Shown: positions 1 to 9,604 of the stretch, piece by piece
Layout: each line of letters starts with the position of its first letter
Numbering within the stretch: the stretch's first letter is position 1
Source of the DNA: an uncultured Bacillota bacterium
GTDB lineage: Bacteria; Bacillota; DTU025; MWDF01
Direction: 5' to 3'
Length of the DNA: 64,000 nt
NCBI GenBank assembly: GCA_963823655.1
Contig: CAWGMK010000006.1
Coordinates: forward strand, 224,001 to 288,000
The notes under the pieces: model-generated
What the model saw: the letters and a program-made list of their open reading frames with translations, nothing else
The model's database searches: none
Told to the model about the DNA's origin: nothing
Position numbers and translations under genes: made by a program

Positions 1-428
1 CGTTACGATAGTAGACCTCGTCATGGCGGCATATGTGCCGGACCTCCACAAGGTGCTCGGAGTCTTCGTCCCCTGATAGTGGTCAACTGCATAATACTAG
101 CCAGGGCAGAGGCATTCGCCTATAAGAACAGCGTAGTCGACTCGATAGCGGACGGGCTCGGGATGGGCCTCGGCTTTACTATTGGCGTACTGATTATCTC
201 GCTATAATCAGGGAGCCCCTTGCTACCGGTAAGATAATGGCTACGCCAAGGACTTCAACTTCGAAGGCTTAAGGCTTCTGCCGGTAAAATTCGCAGCGCA
301 CTCTCATAGACAAGCCTGTCGGCGGCTTCATGACCCTCGGCTTCGTGCTTGCGGCGATAAATGCGCTCACAAGCAAGAAGAAGAAGGCGCAGCAGGCCAA
401 TTGCGGCTGCGTCCCGAAGGAGGTATAG
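1..428 (+). CDS. rnfE: Rnf complex subunit E, 5'-truncated by window edge, with apparent frameshifts
   Basis: Manual translation across frames gives ...[47 protein letters not shown]..., the RnfE signature; TAG at 426-428; directly upstream of rnfA. Confidence 0.88.
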
Positions 429-431
429 CCT

Positions 432-1032
432 ATGAAAGAACTATTCGTAATCCTTCTTAGCACAATCCTGGTCAACAATTATATGCTGGCCAGAATAATG
501 GGTACTTGCCCGTTCATCGGCGTCTCGAACCAGTTCGATACCGCCATGGGCATGGCTGCGGCCGTAGTCTTCGTTATGAGCCTTGCGGCTGCGGTGACGT
601 GGCTTGTGCAGTACTATCTGCTCGTTCCCCTGGGATTGGGCTTCCTCCAGACGGTAGCCTTCATCCTGGTAATAGCAGCGCTGGTGCAGCTCATCGAGAT
701 GATCATCCTGAAGATGAGCCCCACCCTTTACAGGGCGCTTGGGAATATACCTTCCGCTGATCACGACCAACTGCGCAGTCCTCGGCGTCGCAGTTATCAA
801 CGTGCGCGATGGATACAACTTCATAGAAGCTGTCATATCCGGCACAGGCGGAGGCATCGGCTTCTCCCTGGTGCTGATTGCAATGGCGGCTCTTCGCGAA
901 AAGCTCAATACGGCGCCGATTGCGAAGTCCTTCAAGGGCTTCCCGCTGACGCTGATCATAACTGCCCAGATGGCGATGGCTTTCCTGGGCTTCTCCGGTT
1001 TCAACCTCGAGAAGCTCTTCGGCCTGCGCTAG
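432..1032 (+). CDS. rnfA: Rnf complex subunit A (one frameshift near 745)
   Basis: N-half in ORF 432 (LVNNYML..MGTCPFIGVS..AMGMAAAVVFV), C-half in ORF 739 (GIYLPLITTNCAVLG). Confidence 0.93.
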
Positions 1033-1056
1033 CCGGCCGATGGAGGTGTAAGAAAG

Positions 1057-1878
1057 ATGGTACTCAACAGCTTATTCGTCCTGGGCGGCATGGGATTGGC
1101 CTTCGGAGTGGCGCTTGCCATAGCGGCAAGGTTGCTTGCGGTCGAAAGGGATCCCAGGATGGAGCTCGTACAGGCGGCTCTTCCCGGAGCCAACTGCGGA
1201 GCTTGCGGCTTCCCCGGTTGCGGCGGCCTGGCAACGGCCATCGTAGAGGGCAAGGCCCCGTGCGACCAGTGCCCCGTCGGCGGAGCCAAAGTGGCGGCCA
1301 AGGTGGCCGAGATAATGTGCGTCGTGGTAGATACAAGCAAAGGCCCCAATTTCGCAAGGCTGATGTGCGCAGGCGGCAAGGGGATCGCGAGGGACGTGGC
1401 CGAATATCAGGGGATTATGGACTGCACTGCAGCACATGCAGTAAGCGGCGGGTTCAAGGCGTGCTCCTACGGCTGCCTCGGCCTTGCCACATGCGTCAGG
1501 GAATGCCCGTTCGACGCAATGTACATGGGAGAGGACAACCTTCCCAAAATAGACGATTCAAAGTGCACAGGCTGCGGAAAGTGCGTTACCGCCTGCCCTA
1601 GGGCATTGCTTGCCCTCAGGTCGGCGGATGAGCCGGTGAACGTGGTCTGCACATCTAAAGCCCCGCTTCCAAAGAGCAAGCTGGATTGCTCGGCGGTATG
1701 CATCGGCTGTCAGATCTGCGTTAAGAACTGCCCTACTCAGGCCATACGCATGGAAGGCACAGTAGCGGTAATCGACAACAGCAAATGCACCAAGTGCGGC
1801 ATATGCATACAGAAATGCCCGGTCAAGTGCATACATAACCTCTTCGGGGCGGACTCGGACCTGATAGTCCAGGCCTGA
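1057..1878 (+). CDS. rnfB: Rnf complex subunit B (polyferredoxin)
   Basis: N-terminal TM helix, LPGANCGACGFPGC motif, multiple CxxCxxCxxxCP clusters. Confidence 0.95.
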   Translation: MVLNSLFVLGGMGLAFGVALAIAARLLAVERDPRMELVQAALPGANCGACGFPGCGGLATAIVEGKAPCDQCPVGGAKVAAKVAEIMCVVVDTSKGPNFARLMCAGGKGIARDVAEYQGIMDCTAAHAVSGGFKACSYGCLGLATCVRECPFDAMYMGEDNLPKIDDSKCTGCGKCVTACPRALLALRSADEPVNVVCTSKAPLPKSKLDCSAVCIGCQICVKNCPTQAIRMEGTVAVIDNSKCTKCGICIQKCPVKCIHNLFGADSDLIVQA

Positions 1879-1900
1879 CAGGAGAATACCTGAAGATACC

Positions 1901-1947
1901 GTGGTGCCCGGGGCGCGTGCTAACGCGACGCGGGCACCATTTTTTTG
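1901..1947 (+). terminator. Intrinsic terminator of the rnf operon
   Basis: Stem gtggtgcccg/cgggcaccat followed by a T run. Confidence 0.8.
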
Positions 1948-2114
1948 TTTGAGGGACCCTAAAAACCATCAAAGCCGATTTCAGGGCAAAGCCCGTGTAC
2001 AGCCGCGTTTCCAAGTTTAGCCCCGAATGGTGTATAATATCGGACTGTGTTTTATGTTAGATTATATTGTAGGGGAGACGGATCTCAACCTTCGGCATGA
2101 GATCCGGTGTTTAT

Positions 2115-2691
2115 ATGGGAAAGATAGTGCTTGCCTCGGCGTCTCCGAGGAGAATAGAGCTTCTAGGTGCGCTAGGGCTGAAATTCGATGTTGTGCCCAG
2201 CAATGAGGAAGAAGTAGTGGACGATTGCCTGTCTCCGGACGAATTGGTGAATGTCTTTGGCCAGGCTAAAGGCTGCGGCGGTGGCAAAGCTGAGGCCGTC
2301 CGACACAATCATCGGGGCGGATACAGTAGTCGTGCTTAACGGAATAATCCTCGGCAAACCGGCAGACAACAAGGACGCATGCGCGATGCTCAGCATGCTT
2401 GAAGGCAAAGAGCATGAGGTATTCACCGGCGTCTGTGTCATCTGCAGGGAAAAGGGAATAGAGGACTGCCGCCACGAGGTGACCAAGGTGCGCTTCTGTT
2501 CCATGAGCAGGGCTGATATCGAAAGTTACGTTGCCACAGGGGAACCCATGGACAAGGCCGGAGCATATGCCATTCAGGGTTTGGGATCATTATTCGTGTC
2601 AGGAATAACCGGGGATTACTTCAATGTTGTCGGGCTTCCGCTAAGGCTGACCGCCTCGATGCTCATTGAAGCCGGCACGCACATAATCTAG
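2115..2691 (+). CDS. maf: Maf nucleoside triphosphate pyrophosphatase (frameshift near 2250)
   Basis: IVLASASPRR in one frame; IIGADTVV..ILGKP and DKAGAYAIQG in the next. Confidence 0.93.
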
Positions 2692-2733
2692 CCCTCGAGG
2701 GCGCCGCCTGTAATATTGCAGGAGGTGCCTTTA

Positions 2734-3438
2734 ATGGATATCAGGTATTCGCGCGGCATGAAGGACATGCCGATGGCCGAAAGGCCAACGGAAAGGCTTT
2801 ACGCACTTGGCCCGGGAGCGCTAACAAACGCCGAACTCATTGCCGTCGTAATAAGGTGCGGCACGAGAAGCGAGAGCGCGCTTGAGGCCGGTATGAGGGT
2901 TTTAAGCGAGAACGGCGGCCCCGGATGCCTTGCCGCGATGAGCGCCGAAGAGCTTGCCAAGTCCGGCAAGTTCGGAAGGGCGCGTGCGGCTCAGCTGAAG
3001 GCGGCAGTCGAGCTAGGAATGAGGCTTGCCAGCAGGGATCTTGCGGAAAGGCCGCTTATCGCGAACGCCAACGATGCGGCCGAGATCCTAAGACCGGCGA
3101 TGAGGCACCTGCAATGCGAGGAATTCAGGGCGATACTGCTCAATTCCAAGCACCGGGCGCTTGATGTCGCTACCATCTCGACAGGTACCCTCACATCCTC
3201 GCTTGTACATCCCAGGGAAGTTTTCAGAGAGGCGATGTTTAGAAACAGCGCCGCGCTGATTGTGGCCCATAATCACCCCAGCGGAGACCCGGCGCCCAGC
3301 AAAGAGGATATTTCGATAACTCAAAGGCTGGTAGAAGCCGGCAAGCTGTTGGGAATTGAGGTCATCGATCACATAATCATCGGGGGCAATGCTTTCGTTA
3401 GTTTAATGGAGACTGGAATTCTTGGCAGCACCGGCTGA
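2734..3438 (+). CDS. radC: RadC/JAB-domain protein
   Basis: ERPTERL, SLVHPREVF, HNHPSGD, IDHIIIG motifs; GGAGG RBS. Confidence 0.95.
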   Translation: MDIRYSRGMKDMPMAERPTERLYALGPGALTNAELIAVVIRCGTRSESALEAGMRVLSENGGPGCLAAMSAEELAKSGKFGRARAAQLKAAVELGMRLASRDLAERPLIANANDAAEILRPAMRHLQCEEFRAILLNSKHRALDVATISTGTLTSSLVHPREVFREAMFRNSAALIVAHNHPSGDPAPSKEDISITQRLVEAGKLLGIEVIDHIIIGGNAFVSLMETGILGSTG

Positions 3439-3466
3439 ACCCGGCTGCCGAAAGGGGTTTTAACAT

Positions 3467-4504
3467 ATGGGTTTGTTCGACGCGTTTTCCAGGGACATCG
3501 GCATTGACCTTGGAACTGCCAATACTTTGGTGTTCCTCAAGGGCAAAGGGGTAGTAGTGCAGGAGCCTTCGGTCGTCGCGATGGATATGGATACCGGCAA
3601 GGTGCTTTCCGTCGGCAACGATGCAAAGAAGATGCTTGGGCGCACTCCGGCCAATGTCAAAGCGGTGAGGCCATTAAGAGACGGCGTTATCGCGGACTTC
3701 GACGTTACCGAGGAAATGCTGCGCTATTTTATGCGGAAGGTCCACAACAGCATGGGCCTGATCAAACCGAGGGTAGTCGTAGGCTGCCCCTCAGGCGTAA
3801 CGGAAGTTGAGAGGCGGGCGATCATCGAAGCAGTGATGCACGCAGGCGCCAGGGAAGCTCATCTTATCGAGGAGCCCAAGGCAGCGGCGATCGGCGCGAA
3901 CCTTCCCGTATCCGAGCCAACCGGATCGATGATAGTGGACATCGGGGGCGGCACCACCGAGGTGGCCGTGCTATCCTTAGGCGGCATTGTATCATCCGTA
4001 TCGTCAAGGACCGCGGGAGACGAGATGGACGATGCGATAATCCAGCACATGAAGAAGGTCTACAATCTTCTTATCGGCGAGAGGACCGCCGAAGAGGTTA
4101 AGAAGAAGATCGGCTCGGCCTACGTTGTCGGACCCGAGACCTATGAGGAAGTCAGGGGCAGGGACCTGGTAACGGGCCTTCCCAAGACGGTCAAGGTGGA
4201 CAGCACCGAGATCAGGGAGGCCTTGGCGGAGCCCGTAAGCACGATAATAAATGCCGTTAAAGAGTGCCTTGAGAAGACGCCGCCGGAGCTTTCCGCAGAC
4301 GTGATGGACCGCGGAATTGTACTCGCCGGTGGAGGCGCGCTTTTAGTGGGCCTGGACAAGCTGCTGTCAAGGGAGACGGGCATCTCGGTGTTCGTATGCG
4401 ACGATCCGCTTACAGCGGTTGCAAGGGGTACGGGAAAAGTCCTGGACCATATGGAATATCTTAAGGGGCTTTCGGCTTCATCAAAGCGCGAAATGCACAG
4501 TTAG
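3467..4504 (+). CDS. mreB: Rod shape-determining protein MreB
   Basis: [20 protein letters not shown] actin-like motifs. Confidence 0.97.
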   Translation: MGLFDAFSRDIGIDLGTANTLVFLKGKGVVVQEPSVVAMDMDTGKVLSVGNDAKKMLGRTPANVKAVRPLRDGVIADFDVTEEMLRYFMRKVHNSMGLIKPRVVVGCPSGVTEVERRAIIEAVMHAGAREAHLIEEPKAAAIGANLPVSEPTGSMIVDIGGGTTEVAVLSLGGIVSSVSSRTAGDEMDDAIIQHMKKVYNLLIGERTAEEVKKKIGSAYVVGPETYEEVRGRDLVTGLPKTVKVDSTEIREALAEPVSTIINAVKECLEKTPPELSADVMDRGIVLAGGGALLVGLDKLLSRETGISVFVCDDPLTAVARGTGKVLDHMEYLKGLSASSKREMHS

Positions 4505-4517
4505 GGCGTAAAACAGC

Positions 4518-5357
4518 ATGAGGCGCGCTTCAAAGGGCATAAAGGCCCTTCTGATAATACTTGCGGTGATAATTGCCCTGTCCGTACTGATATCCGCAAC
4601 CTTGGGGGATAGGGCCAGTTTGACTTTGCCGGAGCGTGCCTTGCGCGCGGTATTCGAACCTATCGGGGGCTTCTTCTGGAATATCGGCAGAGGGGTGTCG
4701 AACTTCTTCGGAGGGCTGTTCAGGCTCGGGAGCGTCATGGATGAGAACATCCGCCTTAAAGAAGAAGTGGAGGCGCTTACAGCCGAAGTGGCGCAGCTGA
4801 CAGGGCTGGAGTCCGAGAACGCGCGCCTCACCGAGCTTCTCAACCTAAAGAGGTCCGTCAAGGGCAAGACGGTCGCCGGGAAAGTAGTTTACAGGGATGC
4901 CGGCAATTGGCTTGGCACGCTTGTAATAGACAAAGGCACGGACAACGGCGTGCAAGTGGGTATGGCCGTAATCAACAGTATGGGCATCGTAGGCCGGGTG
5001 GTCACTACTTCCGGAAGCACGGCAAGCGTGCTGCTTGCAAATGACCCCAGGAATGCTATCGGGGCCGTTACAGTGCGCTCGAGGGATTTCGCCATAGCCG
5101 AGGGCGTAGGCGACGGAACCGGTGTGCTGAAGCTTAAGCCTCTTGGCGATGCGCCTGACCTGGTGCCAGGCGACCTGGTTATCTCCAGCGGGCTTGGCGG
5201 CATTTATCCTGCCGGGCACATAATCGGCGAGATCGTGGATGTCGACGAGGGGGCCTACGGCATAGCCAAATCTGCCTATGTCAGGTCATCAGTCGATTTC
5301 AACCGGATAGAAGAGGTCCTTGTGCTGCTTGAAAGCCAGAAGGGCGCAGTGAAGTGA
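4518..5357 (+). CDS. mreC: Rod shape-determining protein MreC
   Basis: TM plus coiled coil (ENARLTELL), IDKG..GV, SSGLGGIYPAG; follows mreB. Confidence 0.93.
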   Translation: MRRASKGIKALLIILAVIIALSVLISATLGDRASLTLPERALRAVFEPIGGFFWNIGRGVSNFFGGLFRLGSVMDENIRLKEEVEALTAEVAQLTGLESENARLTELLNLKRSVKGKTVAGKVVYRDAGNWLGTLVIDKGTDNGVQVGMAVINSMGIVGRVVTTSGSTASVLLANDPRNAIGAVTVRSRDFAIAEGVGDGTGVLKLKPLGDAPDLVPGDLVISSGLGGIYPAGHIIGEIVDVDEGAYGIAKSAYVRSSVDFNRIEEVLVLLESQKGAVK

Positions 5358-5881
5358 GGACTTTTGCCAGGAGGCTGAGCATAGATCCCTGGGCCGCTAC
5401 ATTGGCAGGGCTGGTCATAGGGCTGCTATTTCAGACCGCGTTCATTCCCGGGCTGCTTCCGGGTGTGCCGAAGTTCGACCCGATATTCGCGCTTATGATG
5501 ACAATGGCGGTATTGGGGCACAAGGCACAATCGTACTTTCTGGCAATAGCGGGCGGTTTGGTGCTCGACGCGCTTACCGGCCAGTACATAGGCTTGAATG
5601 CGCTATCTTATCTTGCAGTTGCGATAATTGCATCGGGCGTGCAGGGAAACCTGGTAAAGGATACCCTGATCACCCCGGCTACTGCGATGTTCTCGGGCTA
5701 TTTCCTGAAGGAACTCATCTACCTGTTCGTGCTGGTATCTGTCGGGCTCAAGTTCATGCCTGCGAGGGTTGCGGCTCAGCTTGTAATATCCTCGGCGCTG
5801 AACTCGCTCATAGGTATCGGGCTGTACTGGCTGCTCCACTTCAGATTGGGGCTGGTCGTGAAGGTGGACAAGGGTTTCTAG
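5354..5881 (+). CDS. mreD: Rod shape-determining protein MreD
   Basis: Hydrophobic 175 aa protein with GLVLDALTG..IGLNAL; position after mreC. Confidence 0.85.
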   Translation: MRTFARRLSIDPWAATLAGLVIGLLFQTAFIPGLLPGVPKFDPIFALMMTMAVLGHKAQSYFLAIAGGLVLDALTGQYIGLNALSYLAVAIIASGVQGNLVKDTLITPATAMFSGYFLKELIYLFVLVSVGLKFMPARVAAQLVISSALNSLIGIGLYWLLHFRLGLVVKVDKGF

Positions 5882-5899
5882 GAAGGCCCCGGAGGTTTT

Positions 5900-7738
5900 A
5901 TGGGTATTAGGTTCATTAACAGGAATACGCTGGAGGACAGGACTCGGGCCGTCATGGCCATCGCAGGCCTTGTCTTTCTTATCCTGTTGTCGCGCCTATG
6001 GTACCTGCAGGTCATTAAGGGCGACTATTACAAGGAGCGCGCCGAACAGAACAGGCTGGCGAAAGTATATATAACGGCCCCCAGGGGCGAGATACTCGAC
6101 CGCAACGGCGTAGTGATGGCCACAAACCGGACAGCGTACAGCATCAGCATAGTGCCCAAGGACGTCAAGGACAAGGACAGGACCCTGGCATTGCTGGCCA
6201 AGCTGACTGGAATGGACCTTACAGAGCTGAAGAAGAAGTACGACGAGCATACCAAGGGCACATTCAGGCAGCCTTACAGGCCCCTGAAGCTGATCGCGGA
6301 TGCTGATGTCAAGGTGCTGGCAAGCGTAGCGGAAAGGCGTTATGAACTGGAAGGGGTCCTCATTGAAGAGGAGCCGTACAGGATGTACCCGCTCGCCGCC
6401 GTCGCAGGAAACGTAATCGGCTATATGGGCCAGGTTAATGCTGAGGAACTTCGCGAGCTTGGTTCATCCGGCTACAGGAACTCAAGCCAGATAGGCAAGT
6501 CCGGAATAGAACGCCAATTGGAGGAATACCTTCACGGCAGGGACGGAATCAACCGCATTGAGGTAGATTCCGCTTCAAGCCCGGTCTCAACTCTTTCTGC
6601 CATCGACCCTGTCCCGGGAAGCTCGGTCATACTGACCATAAATTCCAAGCTGCAGCAAGAGGCGGAGAAGCTGCTCAAGAACATGATAGATTCGCTCAGA
6701 AGCTCGGGCAGGTCGCCTCAGCTTAAGAGCGGTGCGCTTGTGGCGATGGACCCCAGGAACGGGGAAGTGCTCGCTTTGGCATCATACCCGGACTATGATC
6801 CGAGCTCATTTATCCCTAGCGTGTCCGAAAGCGACTGGAAGAAGCTCAGCAGCGAGCCGTCCGCGCTCTTCAACAGGGCAATAAGCGGAGCCTACCCTCC
6901 CGGGTCTACTTTCAAGGCCATCGTATCGGCCGCAGCCCTTGAAGCCGGAGTATTGGACCCCAATGAGAAATTCCTCTGTCTGCCCAGCGTGGCTGCGAAC
7001 TATTACGGCATGCGCTGCATGTCATGGGAGTTCGGCCAATCGCACGGTTATGTCGACCTATACACCGCAATAGCCACATCGTGCAATATTTACTTCTATG
7101 AGCTGGGGAAAAGGTTGACGGTGGACCAGCTCTCCGGGATGGCGAAGAGGTTCGGTTTGGGAAGCAAGAGCGGAATCGAGCTGGCGCTGATAGAAAGCGC
7201 GGGAAAGGTGCTTCAAAGCTCGGACAGGAAGATAATGCCGGGCGAAAAGCTCTCCTACACCATCGGCCAGATGGTAACCGTGACGCCGCTTCAGCTTGCC
7301 AGGCTGTATTCAGCCGTCGCGAACAGGGGTACGTTGTATGAACCCACGATAATAAAGGGCATCGTCGGCCCCGACGGCAAGGAGATAGAGCAGGAGCAGC
7401 CGCGGCCTGAAACTCTGATCCAACTGAAAAGCTCGACATGGGATGCTATACATAAGGGCATGAGGATGACAGTCACGCAAGGTACCGGCAGGCGGCAGTT
7501 CGAGGGCTTTCCGCTGGAAGTTTCCGGCAAGACCGGCACTGCCCAGGCTCCGCCAAAAGACGAGCATGCGTGGTTCGTCTGCTGGGCGCCCTCAAAGGCG
7601 CCTGAGATCGTTGTCGCCGTCCTGCTTGAAAACGGCATTACCTCGGCGGCATACATAGCGCGCGACATGATGGACTGCTATTTCGGATTGGATGAATACG
7701 CGCCTGTAAAGGCGGAAGAGGCGCAGCCGGCGCAATAG
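5900..7738 (+). CDS. mrdA: Penicillin-binding protein 2 (class B)
   Basis: RLWYLQV, APRGEILDRNG, catalytic GSTFK / SCN / KTG motifs. Confidence 0.95.
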   Translation: MGIRFINRNTLEDRTRAVMAIAGLVFLILLSRLWYLQVIKGDYYKERAEQNRLAKVYITAPRGEILDRNGVVMATNRTAYSISIVPKDVKDKDRTLALLAKLTGMDLTELKKKYDEHTKGTFRQPYRPLKLIADADVKVLASVAERRYELEGVLIEEEPYRMYPLAAVAGNVIGYMGQVNAEELRELGSSGYRNSSQIGKSGIERQLEEYLHGRDGINRIEVDSASSPVSTLSAIDPVPGSSVILTINSKLQQEAEKLLKNMIDSLRSSGRSPQLKSGALVAMDPRNGEVLALASYPDYDPSSFIPSVSESDWKKLSSEPSALFNRAISGAYPPGSTFKAIVSAAALEAGVLDPNEKFLCLPSVAANYYGMRCMSWEFGQSHGYVDLYTAIATSCNIYFYELGKRLTVDQLSGMAKRFGLGSKSGIELALIESAGKVLQSSDRKIMPGEKLSYTIGQMVTVTPLQLARLYSAVANRGTLYEPTIIKGIVGPDGKEIEQEQPRPETLIQLKSSTWDAIHKGMRMTVTQGTGRRQFEGFPLEVSGKTGTAQAPPKDEHAWFVCWAPSKAPEIVVAVLLENGITSAAYIARDMMDCYFGLDEYAPVKAEEAQPAQ

Positions 7739-7760
7739 GAATTTCTAAGGGGGGATTGCT

Positions 7761-8474
7761 CTGAAACCGAAGGACGTAATATTCAAGGGTACGGGAAGGA
7801 CTCTCAAAGTGGTCCTCTCAGAGGATGCGGTAATGGAGGATGCCCTGCTGAGCATCGAGGAGAAGCTATCAGCCAATCCCTCTTTCTATGCAGGGCAGAG
7901 GATAACCGTGGAGAGCAAGTCCGGCCCCATTCCTGATGCGGCGTCGGATGCAATAAGGGCAGTTTTCGGCAGGTATGGGCTGACGTGCTCGGTGTTGGAC
8001 AGAAGAAGCGCGGCGGAAAAGGCATCGGCCCTTCTGACCCAGACGGTCCTGATGGACGAGGCTCCATATATCATGGGCTTGCGCGGCAGCGAATCCCCAA
8101 ATGAGTACGATGCCCGCTCCGAGGCCACGATATACAGGGGCGATGTTGTTCCGGGCAGAAGCTTGTGCTTCGAGGGAAGCGCGTTAATAATCGGCGACGT
8201 GCTTTCTGGCGGCAGGGTGCAGGCGGCGGGTGACGTAATCGTAACCGGAATAGCCGGAGGAAGCATCCACGCCGGCTGGCCTACTGACAGGTCGTCTTGC
8301 ATTATCGCTGGAGGGTTTACGGCAGGTACATACCGGATCGGGGATTTGAGGATGGAACTAGCAGAATCGGTAGGATCCCAGGTGATCATGCACTCCATAG
8401 AGAACGGTCCCGAAGGCTTGGGCATAAGGGTCGGGGACGCCGGATTTCTGGCTAGGAAAGGCGGAGGCAATTGA
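7761..8474 (+). CDS. minC: Divergent MinC-like septum-site protein
   Basis: Frame opens upstream of the listed ORF (KPKDVIFKGT, MinC-like N-terminus; possible CTG start after AAGGGGGG); C-terminal beta-helix pattern GSALIIGDV..GGRVQAAGDVIVTG..IHAG; position between mrdA and rodA. Confidence 0.75.
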   Translation: MKPKDVIFKGTGRTLKVVLSEDAVMEDALLSIEEKLSANPSFYAGQRITVESKSGPIPDAASDAIRAVFGRYGLTCSVLDRRSAAEKASALLTQTVLMDEAPYIMGLRGSESPNEYDARSEATIYRGDVVPGRSLCFEGSALIIGDVLSGGRVQAAGDVIVTGIAGGSIHAGWPTDRSSCIIAGGFTAGTYRIGDLRMELAESVGSQVIMHSIENGPEGLGIRVGDAGFLARKGGGN

Positions 8475-9592
8475 GCCCTGTTAACAGGAAAATGATAAGG
8501 GACCTGGATGGGTTGCTGCTTGTAGCGTCAATCGCAGCGTTCATTTTCGGCTGCATTGTGCTGTACAGCGCTACCTTCGCCCAGCCATCCCTAACCGGGC
8601 CTGATCCTTTCGCGCTGGTAAAGAAACAGGCAATAGCCGCCGGAATTGGCCTTGTGATGGGCATATCCGCAATGGCGCTGGGCCACAACTTCCTGAAGAA
8701 GGCCTACTGGCTCGTGTACATAGCATCGATATTGCTGCTGGCGGCCGTGACCGTAATAGGTGTAAGGGTAAGGGGTACATACGGTTGGGTCAGGATCGCG
8801 GGATTATCGCTGCAGCCGGTGGAGTTCGTAAAAATTGGTGTAGCCCTTGCACTGGCGGGCAGGATAGCAAGGTCCGAGGCCATAACCGGCATAAAGGACA
8901 TGATAGTGCCGCTCATCATGGCTGCGATCCCGACGGGCATAGTCATCATCCAAAAAGACCTGGGGTCCGCGTTGGTGTTCATTCCGCTCGTGCTCGCGAT
9001 GCTCTGGGCGGCTGGCGCCAATACGAAGCTGGTGCTGGGCATGGTCGGAAGCGGCCTTCTTGTAGTGGCGCCTCTTGGATACTTCTTCTTCCTGGATACG
9101 TACCAGCAAGAGAGGATACTGACGTTTCTAAATCCGGGGCGTGACCCGTACGGCGCCGGCTACAATGTGATACAGTCGGTTATCGGAATCGGATCAGGGG
9201 GCCTGCTGGGCAAGGGTTACGCTGCCGGAACGCAGGTGCAGCTCGGCTTCGTGCCCGAGCACCACTCCGATTTCATATTCACCGTAATCGGCGAGGAGCT
9301 TGGATTTGTAGGCGCGGCCCTGGCGCTGGCCGTGATGTTCATAATCATCTGGAGGTGCCTGGCGGTAGGCATGTCAACAGAGGACAGGTTCGGCAACCTC
9401 CTCGGAGTCGGCATCGCGACTATACTTCTTACCCATGTCCTGATAAACATAGGCATGGGAATTGCAATAATGCCGTGTACTGGGATCCCGCTTCCTTTCT
9501 TCAGTGCGGGTGGTTCATCGATAATGGCGACGATATTGGGGCTTTCGCTGGTGCAAAGCGTAAGCATGCGAAGAAAGAAGATCCTATTCTAG
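8471..9592 (+). CDS. rodA: SEDS glycosyltransferase RodA
   Basis: LQPVEFVK, QKDLGSA, PEHHSDFIF, TGIPLPFFSAGGSS. Confidence 0.95.
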   Translation: MSPVNRKMIRDLDGLLLVASIAAFIFGCIVLYSATFAQPSLTGPDPFALVKKQAIAAGIGLVMGISAMALGHNFLKKAYWLVYIASILLLAAVTVIGVRVRGTYGWVRIAGLSLQPVEFVKIGVALALAGRIARSEAITGIKDMIVPLIMAAIPTGIVIIQKDLGSALVFIPLVLAMLWAAGANTKLVLGMVGSGLLVVAPLGYFFFLDTYQQERILTFLNPGRDPYGAGYNVIQSVIGIGSGGLLGKGYAAGTQVQLGFVPEHHSDFIFTVIGEELGFVGAALALAVMFIIIWRCLAVGMSTEDRFGNLLGVGIATILLTHVLINIGMGIAIMPCTGIPLPFFSAGGSSIMATILGLSLVQSVSMRRKKILF

Positions 9593-9604
9593 ACTGGAGG
9601 GCCG

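Noticed and set aside
70-80. In-frame TGA/TAG in rnfE and truA as possible Sec/Pyl or recoded stops
   Set aside because: Homology continues in a different frame rather than through the stop, so these are indels.
432-1601. 389 aa ORF suggesting an RnfA fusion
   Set aside because: After about residue 104 it is an out-of-frame read caused by one indel; the real RnfA C-terminus and RnfB are in other frames.
2734-3438. radC/JAB as a sign of a mobile element or CBASS-type defence
   Set aside because: It is full-length chromosomal RadC in the standard maf-radC-mreB context.
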